Part shown: one piece after another, positions 1-9,778 of the stretch | Position numbering within the stretch: position 1 is the first letter of the stretch | How the letters are laid out: each line of letters starts with the position of its first letter | DNA from: Candidatus Poriferihabitaceae bacterium | GTDB lineage: Bacteria; Pseudomonadota; Gammaproteobacteria; Arenicellales; Poriferihabitantaceae | Direction: 5' to 3' | NCBI GenBank assembly: GCA_965204925.1 | Contig: OZ242021.1 | Span: 2,222,454-2,286,453 of the forward strand | Length of the DNA stretch: 64,000 nucleotides | Translations under genes and position numbers: made by a program | The notes under the pieces: generated by a model | The model's database searches: none | Told to the model about the DNA's origin: nothing | What the model saw: only the letters and a program-made list of their open reading frames with translations

Positions 1-509
1 GTCTCGTGGCGATGTTCACCGCCGTAATCGGGATTGGTCTGATGTTTCTGGATGGCCTGTTGGGCGGCGGACTGTTCGGTAATCTGCTGGCCTTGTTGCT
101 GGTCTTCATGTTCGCGTCCTACCTGCTACTCGTGCGCTCCAATAAACATATCGACATGGTTCCCGCCACCGCCTTGTCCGGCCTCGTCACCTTTGCGGTC
201 GCGGCCGTGATGGTGGGCGATATCGACATCAGCCTGCATGATCTGGTGATCTGCGTGATGCTGGGTTCTTTCCAGCTTGGTCTGGGATTTTTATTCCTCA
301 CAGTGGGCACGCGCTTTCTTCCCGCGGCCGAGGTTGCGCTGTTTTCATTGAGCGAGTCAATCCTCAATCCGCTGTGGGTGTGGATCGGGGTCAATGAGAT
401 TCCGGGCAGCTATACTCTCTGGGGGAGCGCGATTGTCCTGCTTTCCGTGATTGCATACAGTCTGATCGCGATCCGTAATGAACGCAAACTGACTACGGCC
501 GCGTCATGA
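1..509 (+). CDS. EamA/DMT-family transporter, C-terminal part (5' end lies outside the window)
   Basis: The reading frame is open from base 1. The product is very hydrophobic with multiple TM segments and an EamA-like C-terminal half (…LPAAEVALFSLSESILNPLWVWIGVNEIPG…). Confidence 0.55.
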   Translation, partial: LVAMFTAVIGIGLMFLDGLLGGGLFGNLLALLLVFMFASYLLLVRSNKHIDMVPATALSGLVTFAVAAVMVGDIDISLHDLVICVMLGSFQLGLGFLFLTVGTRFLPAAEVALFSLSESILNPLWVWIGVNEIPGSYTLWGSAIVLLSVIAYSLIAIRNERKLTTAAS

Positions 510-2095
510 GTTCTTTCAAACAACAGTTCCCCTGGCCTTCACAGCGTATGCCGGCCATGGCGCGTAACATGGTGGCGACTTCCCAGCCGCTCGCGGCGCA
601 GGCCGGGTTGCAGGCCATGAAAAGAGGGGGCAACGCGGTAGATGCCGCGTTGGCCGCGGCAATTACCCTGACCGTGGTTGAGCCGACGATGAACGGCATC
701 GGCAGCGACGCTTTCTGCATCGTCCATGACGGAGGACAATTACATGGATTGAACGCATCGGGCAGGAGTCCGATGGCGCTCGACAGGCGGGATTTTGCAG
801 GCTTGCGGGAAATGCCATTGACCGGCTGGGATAGCGTGACCGTACCGGGGGCAGTCAGCGCCTGGGTTACGTTGTCGGAAAAATTTGGCAGCCTTTCTTT
901 CGAGTCTCTGTTTGAGGACGCCATCCATTATGCCGATTACGGATTCCAGGTTACGCCGGTCACGGCGCGATTGTGGTCTTTCGCGCCGCATGAGTTTGCC
1001 TGTTTTCCCGATTTTGCGCCATTTTTGCCAAACGGCAAGGCCCCGCAAGCGGGTGAGCTGTTCCGTTTTCCGGACCAGGCGCGCACTCTTGAGAAGATTG
1101 CGATCAGCAAGGGTGAGGCATTTTATCGCGGTGAACTCGCGCGCAGAATTGTCGCGGCCTCGGCGCGGGACGGTGGAAAATTCACGCTGGCGGACCTGGA
1201 TCACCATGAATGCGAATGGGTGGAACTGATCTCTTACCCCTGGCATGGCTATGAACTCCATGAACTCCCGCCTAATGGCCAGGGTCTTGGCGCCCTGATC
1301 ATGCTGGGTATCCTGTCGCACAGTCCGATAGCGGAGTATGCGGTGGATTCGGTAGATGCCCTGCATTGCCAGATTGAAGCCATGAAGCTGGCTTTTGCCG
1401 ATACCCGGCGCTATGTTTCAGACCCGGATTGTATCGACAGGGCAGCGCTTGATCTGCTGGATGATGACTACCTCAGGTCACGCGCTGCAATGATTGACAG
1501 AAACCGGGCGCAGGACCCGGGATACGGTGTACCGCCGCAGAGCGGTACCGTTTATCTGGCGACTGCCGATCAGTCCGGCATGATGGTTTCCTATATCCAG
1601 AGCAATTATTGCGGCTTCGGCTCAGGAGTTGTGATTCCCGATACCGGGATCAGTCTGCAAAACCGGGGAGCGGGATTTTCCGTTGAGGAGGGCCACCCGA
1701 ACCGGGTGGCGGGCGGCAAGCGTCCCTTTCACACGATTATTCCGACATTCCTGACCCGTGACGGATTAGCGGTCATGAGTTTTGGCGTCATGGGCGGGCA
1801 TATGCAGGCGCAGGGGCATGTACAGATCATACAGCGCGTCTGTGACCAGGGTATGAATCCGCAGGCCGCCAGTGATGCCCCGAGGTGGCAGATAACGCAA
1901 GAAAAACAGGTTTTGCTGGAACAGGGTTATGGCCAGCGTATTCGGGCCGGATTAACAGAACGCGGCCACGATGTCCCTGAGTTCGACAACGAGCAGATTT
2001 TCAGTATGGGCGGGGCGCAGTTGATCAGGAAAACTGAAAATGGCTACGAGGGTGGGTCGGATCATCGCAAGGACGGCATCGCTATTGGATTTTAG
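506..2095 (+). CDS. ggt: gamma-glutamyltransferase family protein
   Basis: 529-aa ORF with a GGT-family core around the autoprocessing Thr (…SGTVYLATADQSGMMVSYIQSNYCGFGSGVVIPDTGISLQNRG…, …MGGHMQAQGH…). Its start overlaps the previous stop (ATGA). Confidence 0.9.
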   Translation: MSSFKQQFPWPSQRMPAMARNMVATSQPLAAQAGLQAMKRGGNAVDAALAAAITLTVVEPTMNGIGSDAFCIVHDGGQLHGLNASGRSPMALDRRDFAGLREMPLTGWDSVTVPGAVSAWVTLSEKFGSLSFESLFEDAIHYADYGFQVTPVTARLWSFAPHEFACFPDFAPFLPNGKAPQAGELFRFPDQARTLEKIAISKGEAFYRGELARRIVAASARDGGKFTLADLDHHECEWVELISYPWHGYELHELPPNGQGLGALIMLGILSHSPIAEYAVDSVDALHCQIEAMKLAFADTRRYVSDPDCIDRAALDLLDDDYLRSRAAMIDRNRAQDPGYGVPPQSGTVYLATADQSGMMVSYIQSNYCGFGSGVVIPDTGISLQNRGAGFSVEEGHPNRVAGGKRPFHTIIPTFLTRDGLAVMSFGVMGGHMQAQGHVQIIQRVCDQGMNPQAASDAPRWQITQEKQVLLEQGYGQRIRAGLTERGHDVPEFDNEQIFSMGGAQLIRKTENGYEGGSDHRKDGIAIGF

Positions 2096-2130
2096 CGGCG
2101 CCCCTGTCTTTTATAACCATTATCGGCCTG

Positions 2131-3603
2131 TTATCCAGCCTTGCGGGCAGCCGCCAGTGATTCTCCGAGGCGAACCGTCTCTGCAATCAGCGTATCGAAA
2201 TCCCGCTGGCGGCTGCGGTGATTGGCGATGGCGACGCGAATACAATAATTGCCGCGCAGAGTCGTAGCGGAAGGCGCGGCGATGCCCTGTTCCTGCAGCT
2301 CGATGAGAAGGTCCCGGTTCAGGACATTCAGGCGCTCAACGTCCATTCCACCCGGATTGAAACGATAACAGACGATGTCCAGGGAAACCGGAGCAACCAG
2401 CTCAAGCCTCTGATCCTTGTTTATCCGTTGTTCCAGATAACGGGCCTGATCCAGATTACGTGAAATCATACGCCCGAGTTTTCTGGCGCCATGTTCTTTT
2501 ATCGTCATCCATATTTTCAATGCGCGGAAGGAGCGGCTCAGCTCGACCCCGTATTCGGAAGGCCAATTGCGGCCGGAGGCAATGCCACGGGTAAATTGTT
2601 GCAGGTATTCCGGAATCAGTGAGAAGGCGCCCTTGTGCGCAGCGGCATCCTTGACCAGTACACAGCCGGCCTCGAACGGAACATGCATCCATTTGTGCAG
2701 GTCCAGGGCAACCGAGTGCGCCCGTTCGATTCCTGCCAATAGCGGCCGGGCCTGATCCGACAGCATGGCGATAGCGCCGATAGCTCCATCGACATGAAAC
2801 CAGATGTTATGGCTCTCGCAAATGTCCGCAATGGCGGGCAGATCATCAACCGCGCCCGTGTTGACAGTCCCCGATGTGGCGATAATGCAGATCGGTTTGA
2901 GACCGTTGGCAATATCACGGTCAAGTCTTGATTGCAGGTCATCAAGATTCATGCTGAAGTCGTCGTTGACGTGAACGCGCCTGAAACAGTCGCTGCCAAG
3001 ACCCAGAAGCTCGGCCGCTTTCTGGTTGCAGCTGTGCACCTCGGTAGAGGCATAGACGGCCAGTTTGCGGTCAACCGATTGCAGTCCTTCCTTTCTCACA
3101 TCAAATCCGGCTACGTCATTGCGTGCGGCAGCCAGTCCCACCAGATTGGCCATTGAGCCGCCGCTGACCAGCAGGCCGCTGGATTCTTGCGGGAACCTCA
3201 TTATTGTTTTCATCCAGTCCAGTACCTGGTTCTCAACGAGGATCGCGGCATGATGCCCACCGCCCAGATTGGAATTCATCGTGGCTGCCATCAGTTCGGC
3301 GAACGCTCCCATTACGGTGCCGTTCCCCATATACCATGCCCAGAATCGTGGATGGATATTGCCCAGGGGCCAGGGCAGTATATTGTTTCTGAATTCCTCA
3401 TATACGGAGACCGGGTCGCCAGGCTCCATGGGGCAGGGTTGCCTGAACGCGGCTGTGACTTCTTCAGGCATGCGCTGCCAGACCGGGCGTTCAGGCGCGG
3501 ATTGCAGCCAGTCGATCGCATCATCAATTATTCTGTGGCCGAGTTCACGCATCTCGTCCCAGTTTTCGGGGTCAAGTGTTTCAAAAACGTCAGGGGCGGT
3601 CAT
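2131..3603 (-). CDS. pyridoxal-phosphate-dependent (group II) amino-acid decarboxylase
   Basis: PLP-lysine motif (…SVALDLHKWMHVPFEAGCVLV…) and group II decarboxylase-like sequence throughout. The start is placed at the ATG at 3603 (MTAPDVFETLDPENW…) because the upstream co-oriented MFS gene ends at 3629. Confidence 0.85.
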   Translation of the reverse strand: MTAPDVFETLDPENWDEMRELGHRIIDDAIDWLQSAPERPVWQRMPEEVTAAFRQPCPMEPGDPVSVYEEFRNNILPWPLGNIHPRFWAWYMGNGTVMGAFAELMAATMNSNLGGGHHAAILVENQVLDWMKTIMRFPQESSGLLVSGGSMANLVGLAAARNDVAGFDVRKEGLQSVDRKLAVYASTEVHSCNQKAAELLGLGSDCFRRVHVNDDFSMNLDDLQSRLDRDIANGLKPICIIATSGTVNTGAVDDLPAIADICESHNIWFHVDGAIGAIAMLSDQARPLLAGIERAHSVALDLHKWMHVPFEAGCVLVKDAAAHKGAFSLIPEYLQQFTRGIASGRNWPSEYGVELSRSFRALKIWMTIKEHGARKLGRMISRNLDQARYLEQRINKDQRLELVAPVSLDIVCYRFNPGGMDVERLNVLNRDLLIELQEQGIAAPSATTLRGNYCIRVAIANHRSRQRDFDTLIAETVRLGESLAAARKAG

Positions 3604-3628
3604 GTCTGTCGCCAATACTGGTATCGGG

Positions 3629-4927
3629 TTATTCGGTGTGAGCGTCCAGCGTCCGGGTTGCCTGAACCGCCTTGTCGACATCCAGGCGCCAGAGCATACA
3701 GCCGCCTCCGACAAAGAGGATGACCAGAACCAGAATGCTGTCGCGGGCGCTGGCGCCTGCGATCATGATCGGTACGAATGCCATCAGGAACGGGCCGAAG
3801 ATACTGGCAAACTTGCCTACCATATTATAGAAACCGAAAAATTCGGCAGTCTTCGCTTGTGGAATCAAACGGGCAAACAGGGAGCGGCTCAGACTTTGCA
3901 CTCCACCCTGAACGAGGCCGATGGTAACGGCCAGCCAGTAGAAATCGGCGGCGGAATCAAGCCATTTCCAGGCATAGATTACGACTGCGGTATAGACCAG
4001 CAAACCGATCAGTATGCCGCGTTTGGGGCCGATTTTCTTGCCCAGCCAGCCAAAGAACAGGGCGGCAGGGAATGATACGAACTGGGTCAGCAACAGCGCC
4101 GTAATAAGGCTTTCCGGCGGCAGGCTCAGGATGCGGTCGGCGAAAAATACCGCTGTCTTGAAGATTGTGCCAACGCCGTCAATGTACAGCCAGTAGCTTA
4201 CCAGGAACAACAGGACATATTTCAGTTTGCGGATTTCCCGAAAGGTTGCGGCCAGGCGCCAAAAGCCTTGTCCGATCGTTTGTGTTTTCGGGGCGGCAGC
4301 CGGTTTTTCCGGTTCTTTGACAATGTATAGTAAAGGCAGCGTAAATACTGTCCACCATATGCCGACAGAGACAAAGGACAGGGACAGGGCGCTGGCCTGA
4401 TCGGGGATGCCGAACCATTCGAAGCGGGTAACCATCATTACGTTGATCAGGAAAAGCAGCCCGCCTCCGATATAGCCGAGGGCGTAGCCGTAGCCGGATA
4501 CGACATCCATATCCTCTTCGGACGATACTTCGACAATCAGCGCATCATAGAAGATCATGGAGCCGGAGAATCCGATCTGCCCGAGGCCGTAGACGATCAG
4601 CGCTATCCACCACATTCCTGCCCCTACCCATGCCAGTCCAACGCACATCAGGATTCCGAGCAGGGAGAAGCATGCCAGGAATTTTTTGCGGGAACCGCCG
4701 GAATCGGCGATAGCCCCCAGAACAGGCGCTGCGATGGCAACCAGGGCGCTGCTTATGGCCAGGGTCATGTTGAACCAGAACTGGGAATCGTTGACGCTCA
4801 GGCCGGATGACAATGCGCTATAGAAAACCGGGAAGAATCCGGCAATGACCGTAGTCGCGAATGCCGAGTTGCCCCAGTCATACAATGCCCAGGCGACCAC
4901 CTTTTTGTCAGTCAGGATTGTGCGCAT
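3629..4927 (-). CDS. MFS transporter, UMF1/Atg22-like family
   Basis: 432 aa with about 12 TM segments and the N-terminal signature MRTILTDKKVVAWALYDWGNSAFATTVIAGFFPVFY typical of Atg22/UMF1 MFS proteins. It lies 25 bp upstream of the decarboxylase, so the two probably form an operon. Confidence 0.8.
   Translation of the reverse strand: MRTILTDKKVVAWALYDWGNSAFATTVIAGFFPVFYSALSSGLSVNDSQFWFNMTLAISSALVAIAAPVLGAIADSGGSRKKFLACFSLLGILMCVGLAWVGAGMWWIALIVYGLGQIGFSGSMIFYDALIVEVSSEEDMDVVSGYGYALGYIGGGLLFLINVMMVTRFEWFGIPDQASALSLSFVSVGIWWTVFTLPLLYIVKEPEKPAAAPKTQTIGQGFWRLAATFREIRKLKYVLLFLVSYWLYIDGVGTIFKTAVFFADRILSLPPESLITALLLTQFVSFPAALFFGWLGKKIGPKRGILIGLLVYTAVVIYAWKWLDSAADFYWLAVTIGLVQGGVQSLSRSLFARLIPQAKTAEFFGFYNMVGKFASIFGPFLMAFVPIMIAGASARDSILVLVILFVGGGCMLWRLDVDKAVQATRTLDAHTE
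4269..4317. repeat. Source copy of a 49-bp patch (MFS interior) that recurs at 6855-6903
   Basis: tgtccgatcgtttgtgttttcggggcggcagccggttttt[c/t]cggttctt is present at both loci, matching at 48 of 49 positions. Confidence 0.9.
4815..4927. repeat. Source copy of a 113-bp direct repeat (first 37 codons of the MFS gene) that recurs at 9778-9890
   Basis: Manual alignment of gcgctatagaaaaccgggaagaatccggcaatgacc…gtcaggattgtgcgcat shows one mismatch (gcgaCcacc vs gcgaTtacc region: C/T). Homology stops exactly at the MFS ATG. Confidence 0.95.
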
Positions 4928-5078
4928 GAAGTGATCCGTGATGGTCTGCAGCGGGGTTCAGCCAATGTGGGTTTCCATGGGCGGAGCATATATTGCGTAA
5001 AGCGATGTTTCAAGGAGGGAACCCCGCACTGAAAATCAGACGAGGACACGACCCACGCAGCCATGTAAAAGAGCCACT

Positions 5079-6699
5079 CTAAAGCGACCGGTAATAATCA
5101 CGAATTTTTCTGGCCATAAGACGCCGGCGCTCTTTCAGGAAGCCGTTGTAGTTATCGACGTCCATCTCTTCCATGTCCTCGGGTATGCAGTGAGCCTGAA
5201 GGTTCGCGCGTAGCTCGTCAGCGTCGGTGATGCCGCCGTATCCGGATTCTCCATTCGCGCATTGGCGCCACAACGCGCTGAAATACGAAGCGGGCGGAGC
5301 ATCGCCGATGGCGATGTTGATCTCGCCTTGCATCACCACATAGTTCGCGATCTGGTTGTAGGCGCCGCGAGCCAGACCGCGCTTCTTCAGATAATTCCGT
5401 GGAAAGACGTGGTGGACCTGGGAGGCGCCTTCCAGCAGAGTCCGAACGGTATGGCCGTTCGACAGGAATCCCTTGTCGTTTCCCTTGACCTGACTCGCCA
5501 GGAACACTTTGAAATAAGAGCTGCTCGCCACTGAGGTGTCCATCTGTTGCGGTAGGCCAGTGTCCCAGAACACATCCGACAGCCTGGCCTGCTCCACCGC
5601 TTCAAGGCAGTCCTGTGCGTTCTGTTCCGTGATGTTGCGGATATCCACACCGAATGCGGTCTCCGGCGAACCCGTGTATCGGCCGGTGAGAACGGACATG
5701 ATGAACCAGCGACGCACCAGTGTCTCGATGAGCGTCGGATGCGTGTCCCGCGCGCGTAACGTCAGATAGACGATATAGGCGAAGTTCACGGCATTCTGCG
5801 ACCGGATCATTGATGCGTTCACGAACCCTGCCGAGCGCAGGATCATCACGAAGCGCTTGAAATTCGTCTCGTTCATGAAACGCAGGAGCGCCGCATCAAG
5901 CCTGCTGAACGCATCCTCGGCGATCACCTCCTCAAACTCGCTGTCGCCAGCGAGTTCGGAATACGCTTCCGGCGCCACGGCGAGGTGGCAGAAATAATCA
6001 ATGCACTTTCGCAGTTGGTGGCCGTTGTACCTTTCGTTCGCCGCCATCTTCGACATGGCGAAGTCTGCCGCATTCAGCGTAACGCCCTGTGAGTTGATAC
6101 GGACGAATATCTCCGAGACGGTTTCCACATTCAGATCGGCATTGAGTTCGATGAGGCCGAGTAAATTGTTGCGGATGCCCCGCAGCCATTCAATCCGTTC
6201 GTAGATCTGGTCTTTGTTTGATTCCGGGTTGCTCTCGCAATAGGCGTCGACCACTCGAAGCAGTCTGGTGTCGGGGGTGAACAGGGTTGCGATGTCGGCA
6301 AGCCATGCCCTGTCGCGCTGGATGGCGGGATTGGCCACCTCGAACCGTTCCTCACCGGGATGGAACGCGACCGTGATACGCACCTTCCGGTAGCTCTTGT
6401 TGACGACCTGCTGCCCGAGCATGGCTGCCATGAGCGCCGTGACACGCTGCTGGCCATCAAGTAAGAGTGCGCTTGCCCGCCGATTTGCTTCCGTCCTTCA
6501 ACCGGACGGAGGGATTACGCCAGGCGATGAGATACCCGACCGGATAGCCGAAATACAGCGAGTCGATGAAATCGCGCGCTTTCGCTGCGTTCCAGACAAA
6601 CGGTCGTTGAATCTCGGGGATTGCAATCTCGTCGGACTTGATCCAGGTGAGCAGCGTCTGGACCGGATGCTGATTGACCGAGTAGCGTTGGATGGTCAT
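5079..6699 (-). pseudogene. GmrSD-like type IV restriction protein (DUF262 N-terminal + DUF1524/His-Me-finger C-terminal), interrupted by a frameshift near 6465-6500
   Basis: The 80-aa ORF 6457-6699 carries the DUF262 start ([34 protein letters not shown]) and stops at 6457. The DGQQR motif (…[17 protein letters not shown]…) continues in a different frame into the 450-aa ORF 5079-6431. That ORF ends with an HNH-like block (HHVFPRNYLKK…NYVVMQGEINIAIGD). Confidence 0.75.
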
Positions 6700-6836
6700 G
6701 GCGGCTCCTGATATGCGATGTCCCGACAGCTTCGAGTTCGTTCTCTTTGTTTTGAAGGGCGCTGCAGGGTTTTTTATTTTTTGATGTCGAAATTCGATAC
6801 TATGGGTGACTGTTTCGAACTACCACAGCAGATCGG

Positions 6837-6845
6837 ATTATAACA
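6837..6845 (-). promoter_or_regulatory. Extended -10 element (TGTTATAAT on the minus strand) upstream of the DUF262 gene
   Basis: The reverse complement of attataaca at 6837-6845 is TGtTATAAT. It lies about 135 nt upstream of the ATG at 6699, which is preceded by the SD caggagcc. Confidence 0.35.
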
Positions 6846-6854
6846 TTTCGGGAG

Positions 6855-6903
6855 TGTCCGATCGTTTGTGTTTTCGGGGCGGCAGCCGGTTTTTTCGGTT
6901 CTT
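6855..6903. repeat. 49-bp patch copied from the MFS gene interior (4269-4317), sitting at the seam between the DUF262 module and the R-M module
   Basis: 48 of 49 positions are identical to 4269-4317, in the same orientation. Confidence 0.9.
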
Positions 6904-7057
6904 CAGGAAATCACGTGGCCAATCGCCGATCTGGCAACCCGCCGGAGGGGTGGCCTTGTCCGCATACTCCTGACGCCTGCGTTTGCATCCGAAAATCCCG
7001 CCGAATCCACCAAGGGATGTCCTTGGCGGGAATTGCTGGGATGGGTTCACCGCAATT

Positions 7058-7085
7058 TTGACATGTGTCCCGTCTAATTTATAAT
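7058..7085 (+). promoter_or_regulatory. Perfect consensus sigma70-type promoter TTGACA-N16-TATAAT pointing toward the methyltransferase
   Basis: ttgaca at 7058-7063, a 16-nt spacer, and tataat at 7080-7085, read directly from the sequence. Confidence 0.5.
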
Positions 7086-7400
7086 CCTCCGACCCGATGC
7101 ATAGTTGATGCTTCTAACATTTGGCCGCCAAGCGATGCTCTCTCAGCCGAAAGTGCTTTCTTTACTAATCCTTAGTCCCGACGAGCTTCAGCTTTCCGTC
7201 TCCTCTAACAGATCAATTACCGTTATGCCCCAAGGCACAATTATGCTAGATTGTCCGCGTTGGTCAAAGTGTTTACTGAAATCGGACGACGCCCCCGACG
7301 TGGCCCAAAACGAATTTCAATTGCTCCAGCGCGCGCCGATGCCTGCTGCACAGCGGTCATCTGGATGCTGTAGCGCGGATTCCCTCTTGCGTGGCGCGGC

Positions 7401-8435
7401 TTGTTTCAAGAGCTACCGCTCTGGCGGTTCACACTCTTTCTTCGGAGCATAGCGCCCTTGACCAGTTCCTCGACACCGAATACCCCTATAGACCAACTGT
7501 TTGGTCGTCAAAGTTCTCCAACGGAGCCAACACAAATTACGATATCCGCAGGCGCCTGCCACTCTCGGAAAAACGCAACAATAATTCACGGTGATTGCCT
7601 GGATGTTCTGCCGGCTCTCCCGAGTAGTTCAGTGGACCTCATTTTTGCAGATCCTCCGTATAACATTGGAAAACAATTCAGGAATTTCAAAGACTCATGG
7701 TCCTCTATCCACGAATACATGGATTGGTGCTACAGGTGGCTTGAACATTGTATCCGAATCTTAAAGCCAACAGGTAGTATGTATGTGATGATGAGTACTC
7801 AGTCGATGCCTTATCTTGATATTTGGCTGAGAGATCGTGTCAATATTTTGTCGAGAATTGTTTGGCACTATGATAGTTCAGGTGTACAAGCGAAATCCTG
7901 CTTTGGTTCCCTTTACGAACCGATACTCCATTGTTCAAAAGATAACAAGCATTACACATTCAATGCCAACGACATCGCTGTCGAAGCAAGAACGGGGGCA
8001 GTTCGGAATCTGATCGACTACCGCAAGGAAGTCCCCACTCCATACAATACAAGGAAGGTTCCTGGTAATACCTGGTATATTCCACGTGTTCGATATCGGA
8101 TGCCAGAGTACGAAGAGCATCCAACGCAAAAGCCTGAAACTCTATTGGAGAGGATAATCAAGGCTAGTTCAAATACTGGGGATATTGTGCTTGATCCATT
8201 CGGTGGTACATTTACAACATGTGCAGTGTCCCAACGTCTAGATAGAACATCAATTGGAATCGAACTTCAGTTAGATTTTGTCAAGATTGGCATTCGCCGA
8301 CTTGGAATTGCTGATCGTTTTAGGGGTGAGCGTCTCCACTCGCCGACTAAATCATACCGTCGCAAGAACAGAAAGAACGTGGATGGCCCTGAGGAAAAGA
8401 GAGTACAAAAGGAGCTTTTCGATGGGACCATTTGA
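7401..8435 (+). CDS. DNA methyltransferase, beta-class N6-adenine/N4-cytosine family (N6_N4_Mtase), DPPY type
   Basis: Motif IV (DLIFADPPYNIG) precedes motif I (DIVLDPFGGTFTTC), which is the beta-class order. The catalytic region starts around 7570 (NATIIHGDCLDVLP). The annotated start is a TTG and the true start is uncertain. Confidence 0.88.
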   Translation: MFQELPLWRFTLFLRSIAPLTSSSTPNTPIDQLFGRQSSPTEPTQITISAGACHSRKNATIIHGDCLDVLPALPSSSVDLIFADPPYNIGKQFRNFKDSWSSIHEYMDWCYRWLEHCIRILKPTGSMYVMMSTQSMPYLDIWLRDRVNILSRIVWHYDSSGVQAKSCFGSLYEPILHCSKDNKHYTFNANDIAVEARTGAVRNLIDYRKEVPTPYNTRKVPGNTWYIPRVRYRMPEYEEHPTQKPETLLERIIKASSNTGDIVLDPFGGTFTTCAVSQRLDRTSIGIELQLDFVKIGIRRLGIADRFRGERLHSPTKSYRRKNRKNVDGPEEKRVQKELFDGTI

Positions 8436-9561
8436 AATCACTCGTCACGACTTCACCCAAACTATTCTGGAGACCCTGGAAGAACATTTCGGCGAAAGCG
8501 CTTCCGACATCTTTTCGAGTAGTCCAATACTCGGGTATCTCAACACAAAAACAAAATCTGCACATCGTGGGTCGAAAGCACGAGGATCGTTCGCCAATCA
8601 CTACGCATTGTATGTTGTCGTGGAAGATTATATTCAAAAAGGATTTCTGGAAAGGACTGCCGGTACGGCTTATGCTCAATATGAAGGCGCTCGATTTTCC
8701 GATCTGTTTCGGCGACAACGAGAATTGCCATTCGGCGCCAAGTTGCAAAATCACGCGCTTAATTCACGTCTCAATGATGAATTTCGAAAATTCTACCCGA
8801 CAGTGGGGAAGTTACCCATTGTTCGTAATTTGGAAACGCAACGCTATTGGGTGCAAGAGGATCTTCTCTTATTGACGATTCGTGATAGTACGGGTAAAGA
8901 TTACACTTACAATATTTCGCAAGCAATCATTGATATCATTGATAAATACGTCCAAACCAAGAGGGCAGCGTTCCAGAAGTTTATTGACACCTGCCGACAA
9001 TTAGCAGAATCAGGAAGCGAGGTTTCCCAGAAGGCTATCAATTTTGTTATAGAGCAGCTTGCGCCTGATGTGGACGCGCGAGTTTTTGAAATCGTGAGCT
9101 ATGCTATTCTGAAGGCGAAATACCGACAAGATAACATTTGGATAGGGGAAACGCGAGAGGACGTTGCGGAGGAGGTTCTGGTTCTGTATAAGACAGGACG
9201 AACAAATGCCAATGATGGAGGTATCGATTTTGTCATGAGGCCGCTGGGTCGATTTTTTCAAGTAACTGAAACCATAGACGCAAACAAGTACTTCTTGGAT
9301 ATTGATAAGATACAAAAGTTTCCAATTACGTTCGTCGTTAAATCTACGCAAAGCGTGGAACAGATAAGAGGGGAAATTCGAGAAAAGGCTGTACAGAAAT
9401 ATAAGATTGGGGCAGTCGTCGAAGCGTACATGGATGCTGTGGAAGAGATTATCAATGTTGAGTGCTTGGTTAATGTCTTCAACGATATCGTCGAATCAGG
9501 AGAATTGGGAAGCGTTATGGAAGAAATTATCTTGCAGAGTAAGGTGGAATTCAATTACTAG
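8422..9561 (+). CDS. Putative restriction endonuclease partner of the methyltransferase
   Basis: The ATG at 8422 is preceded by aaaaggag and overlaps the MTase 3' end by 14 nt, suggesting translational coupling. An Mrr/PD-(D/E)XK-like block is present (…TGRTNANDGGIDFVMRPLGRFFQVTETID…). I did not recognise a named family. Confidence 0.5.
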   Translation: MGPFEITRHDFTQTILETLEEHFGESASDIFSSSPILGYLNTKTKSAHRGSKARGSFANHYALYVVVEDYIQKGFLERTAGTAYAQYEGARFSDLFRRQRELPFGAKLQNHALNSRLNDEFRKFYPTVGKLPIVRNLETQRYWVQEDLLLLTIRDSTGKDYTYNISQAIIDIIDKYVQTKRAAFQKFIDTCRQLAESGSEVSQKAINFVIEQLAPDVDARVFEIVSYAILKAKYRQDNIWIGETREDVAEEVLVLYKTGRTNANDGGIDFVMRPLGRFFQVTETIDANKYFLDIDKIQKFPITFVVKSTQSVEQIRGEIREKAVQKYKIGAVVEAYMDAVEEIINVECLVNVFNDIVESGELGSVMEEIILQSKVEFNY

Positions 9562-9617
9562 ATAGTGTCGCCACAAGAAAGGGCCAGTGTATGGTATGAT
9601 CGACGGATGGGAATTCT

Positions 9618-9778
9618 TTTCAACCCAGCGAAGTGAAGCGCAAGAGAACCCACGGGTTTCGTGAACGTATGCGTAACCCGCGGGGGGCGCGCGATTATCA
9701 ATGCACGCCGAGCCAGGGGGCGCGTCCGTTTAAGCGCTTGACGAAATTGAGTCATGTCGCCGCTCACGGCTGGCCTCG
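9618..9778 (+). pseudogene. Truncated, frameshifted duplicate of rpmH (from codon ~5) plus the first ~8 codons of rnpA
   Basis: Aligns to 12577-12736 with one extra A (gcgtaacccg vs gcgtacccg) and one substitution. It lacks the rpmH start codon and promoter. Confidence 0.9.

Noticed and set aside
7105-7452. 115-aa ORF downstream of the consensus promoter as a controller or regulatory protein
   Set aside because: It has no HTH or other recognisable motif, odd composition, and a TTG/ATG start without an SD. The evidence is insufficient to call a gene.
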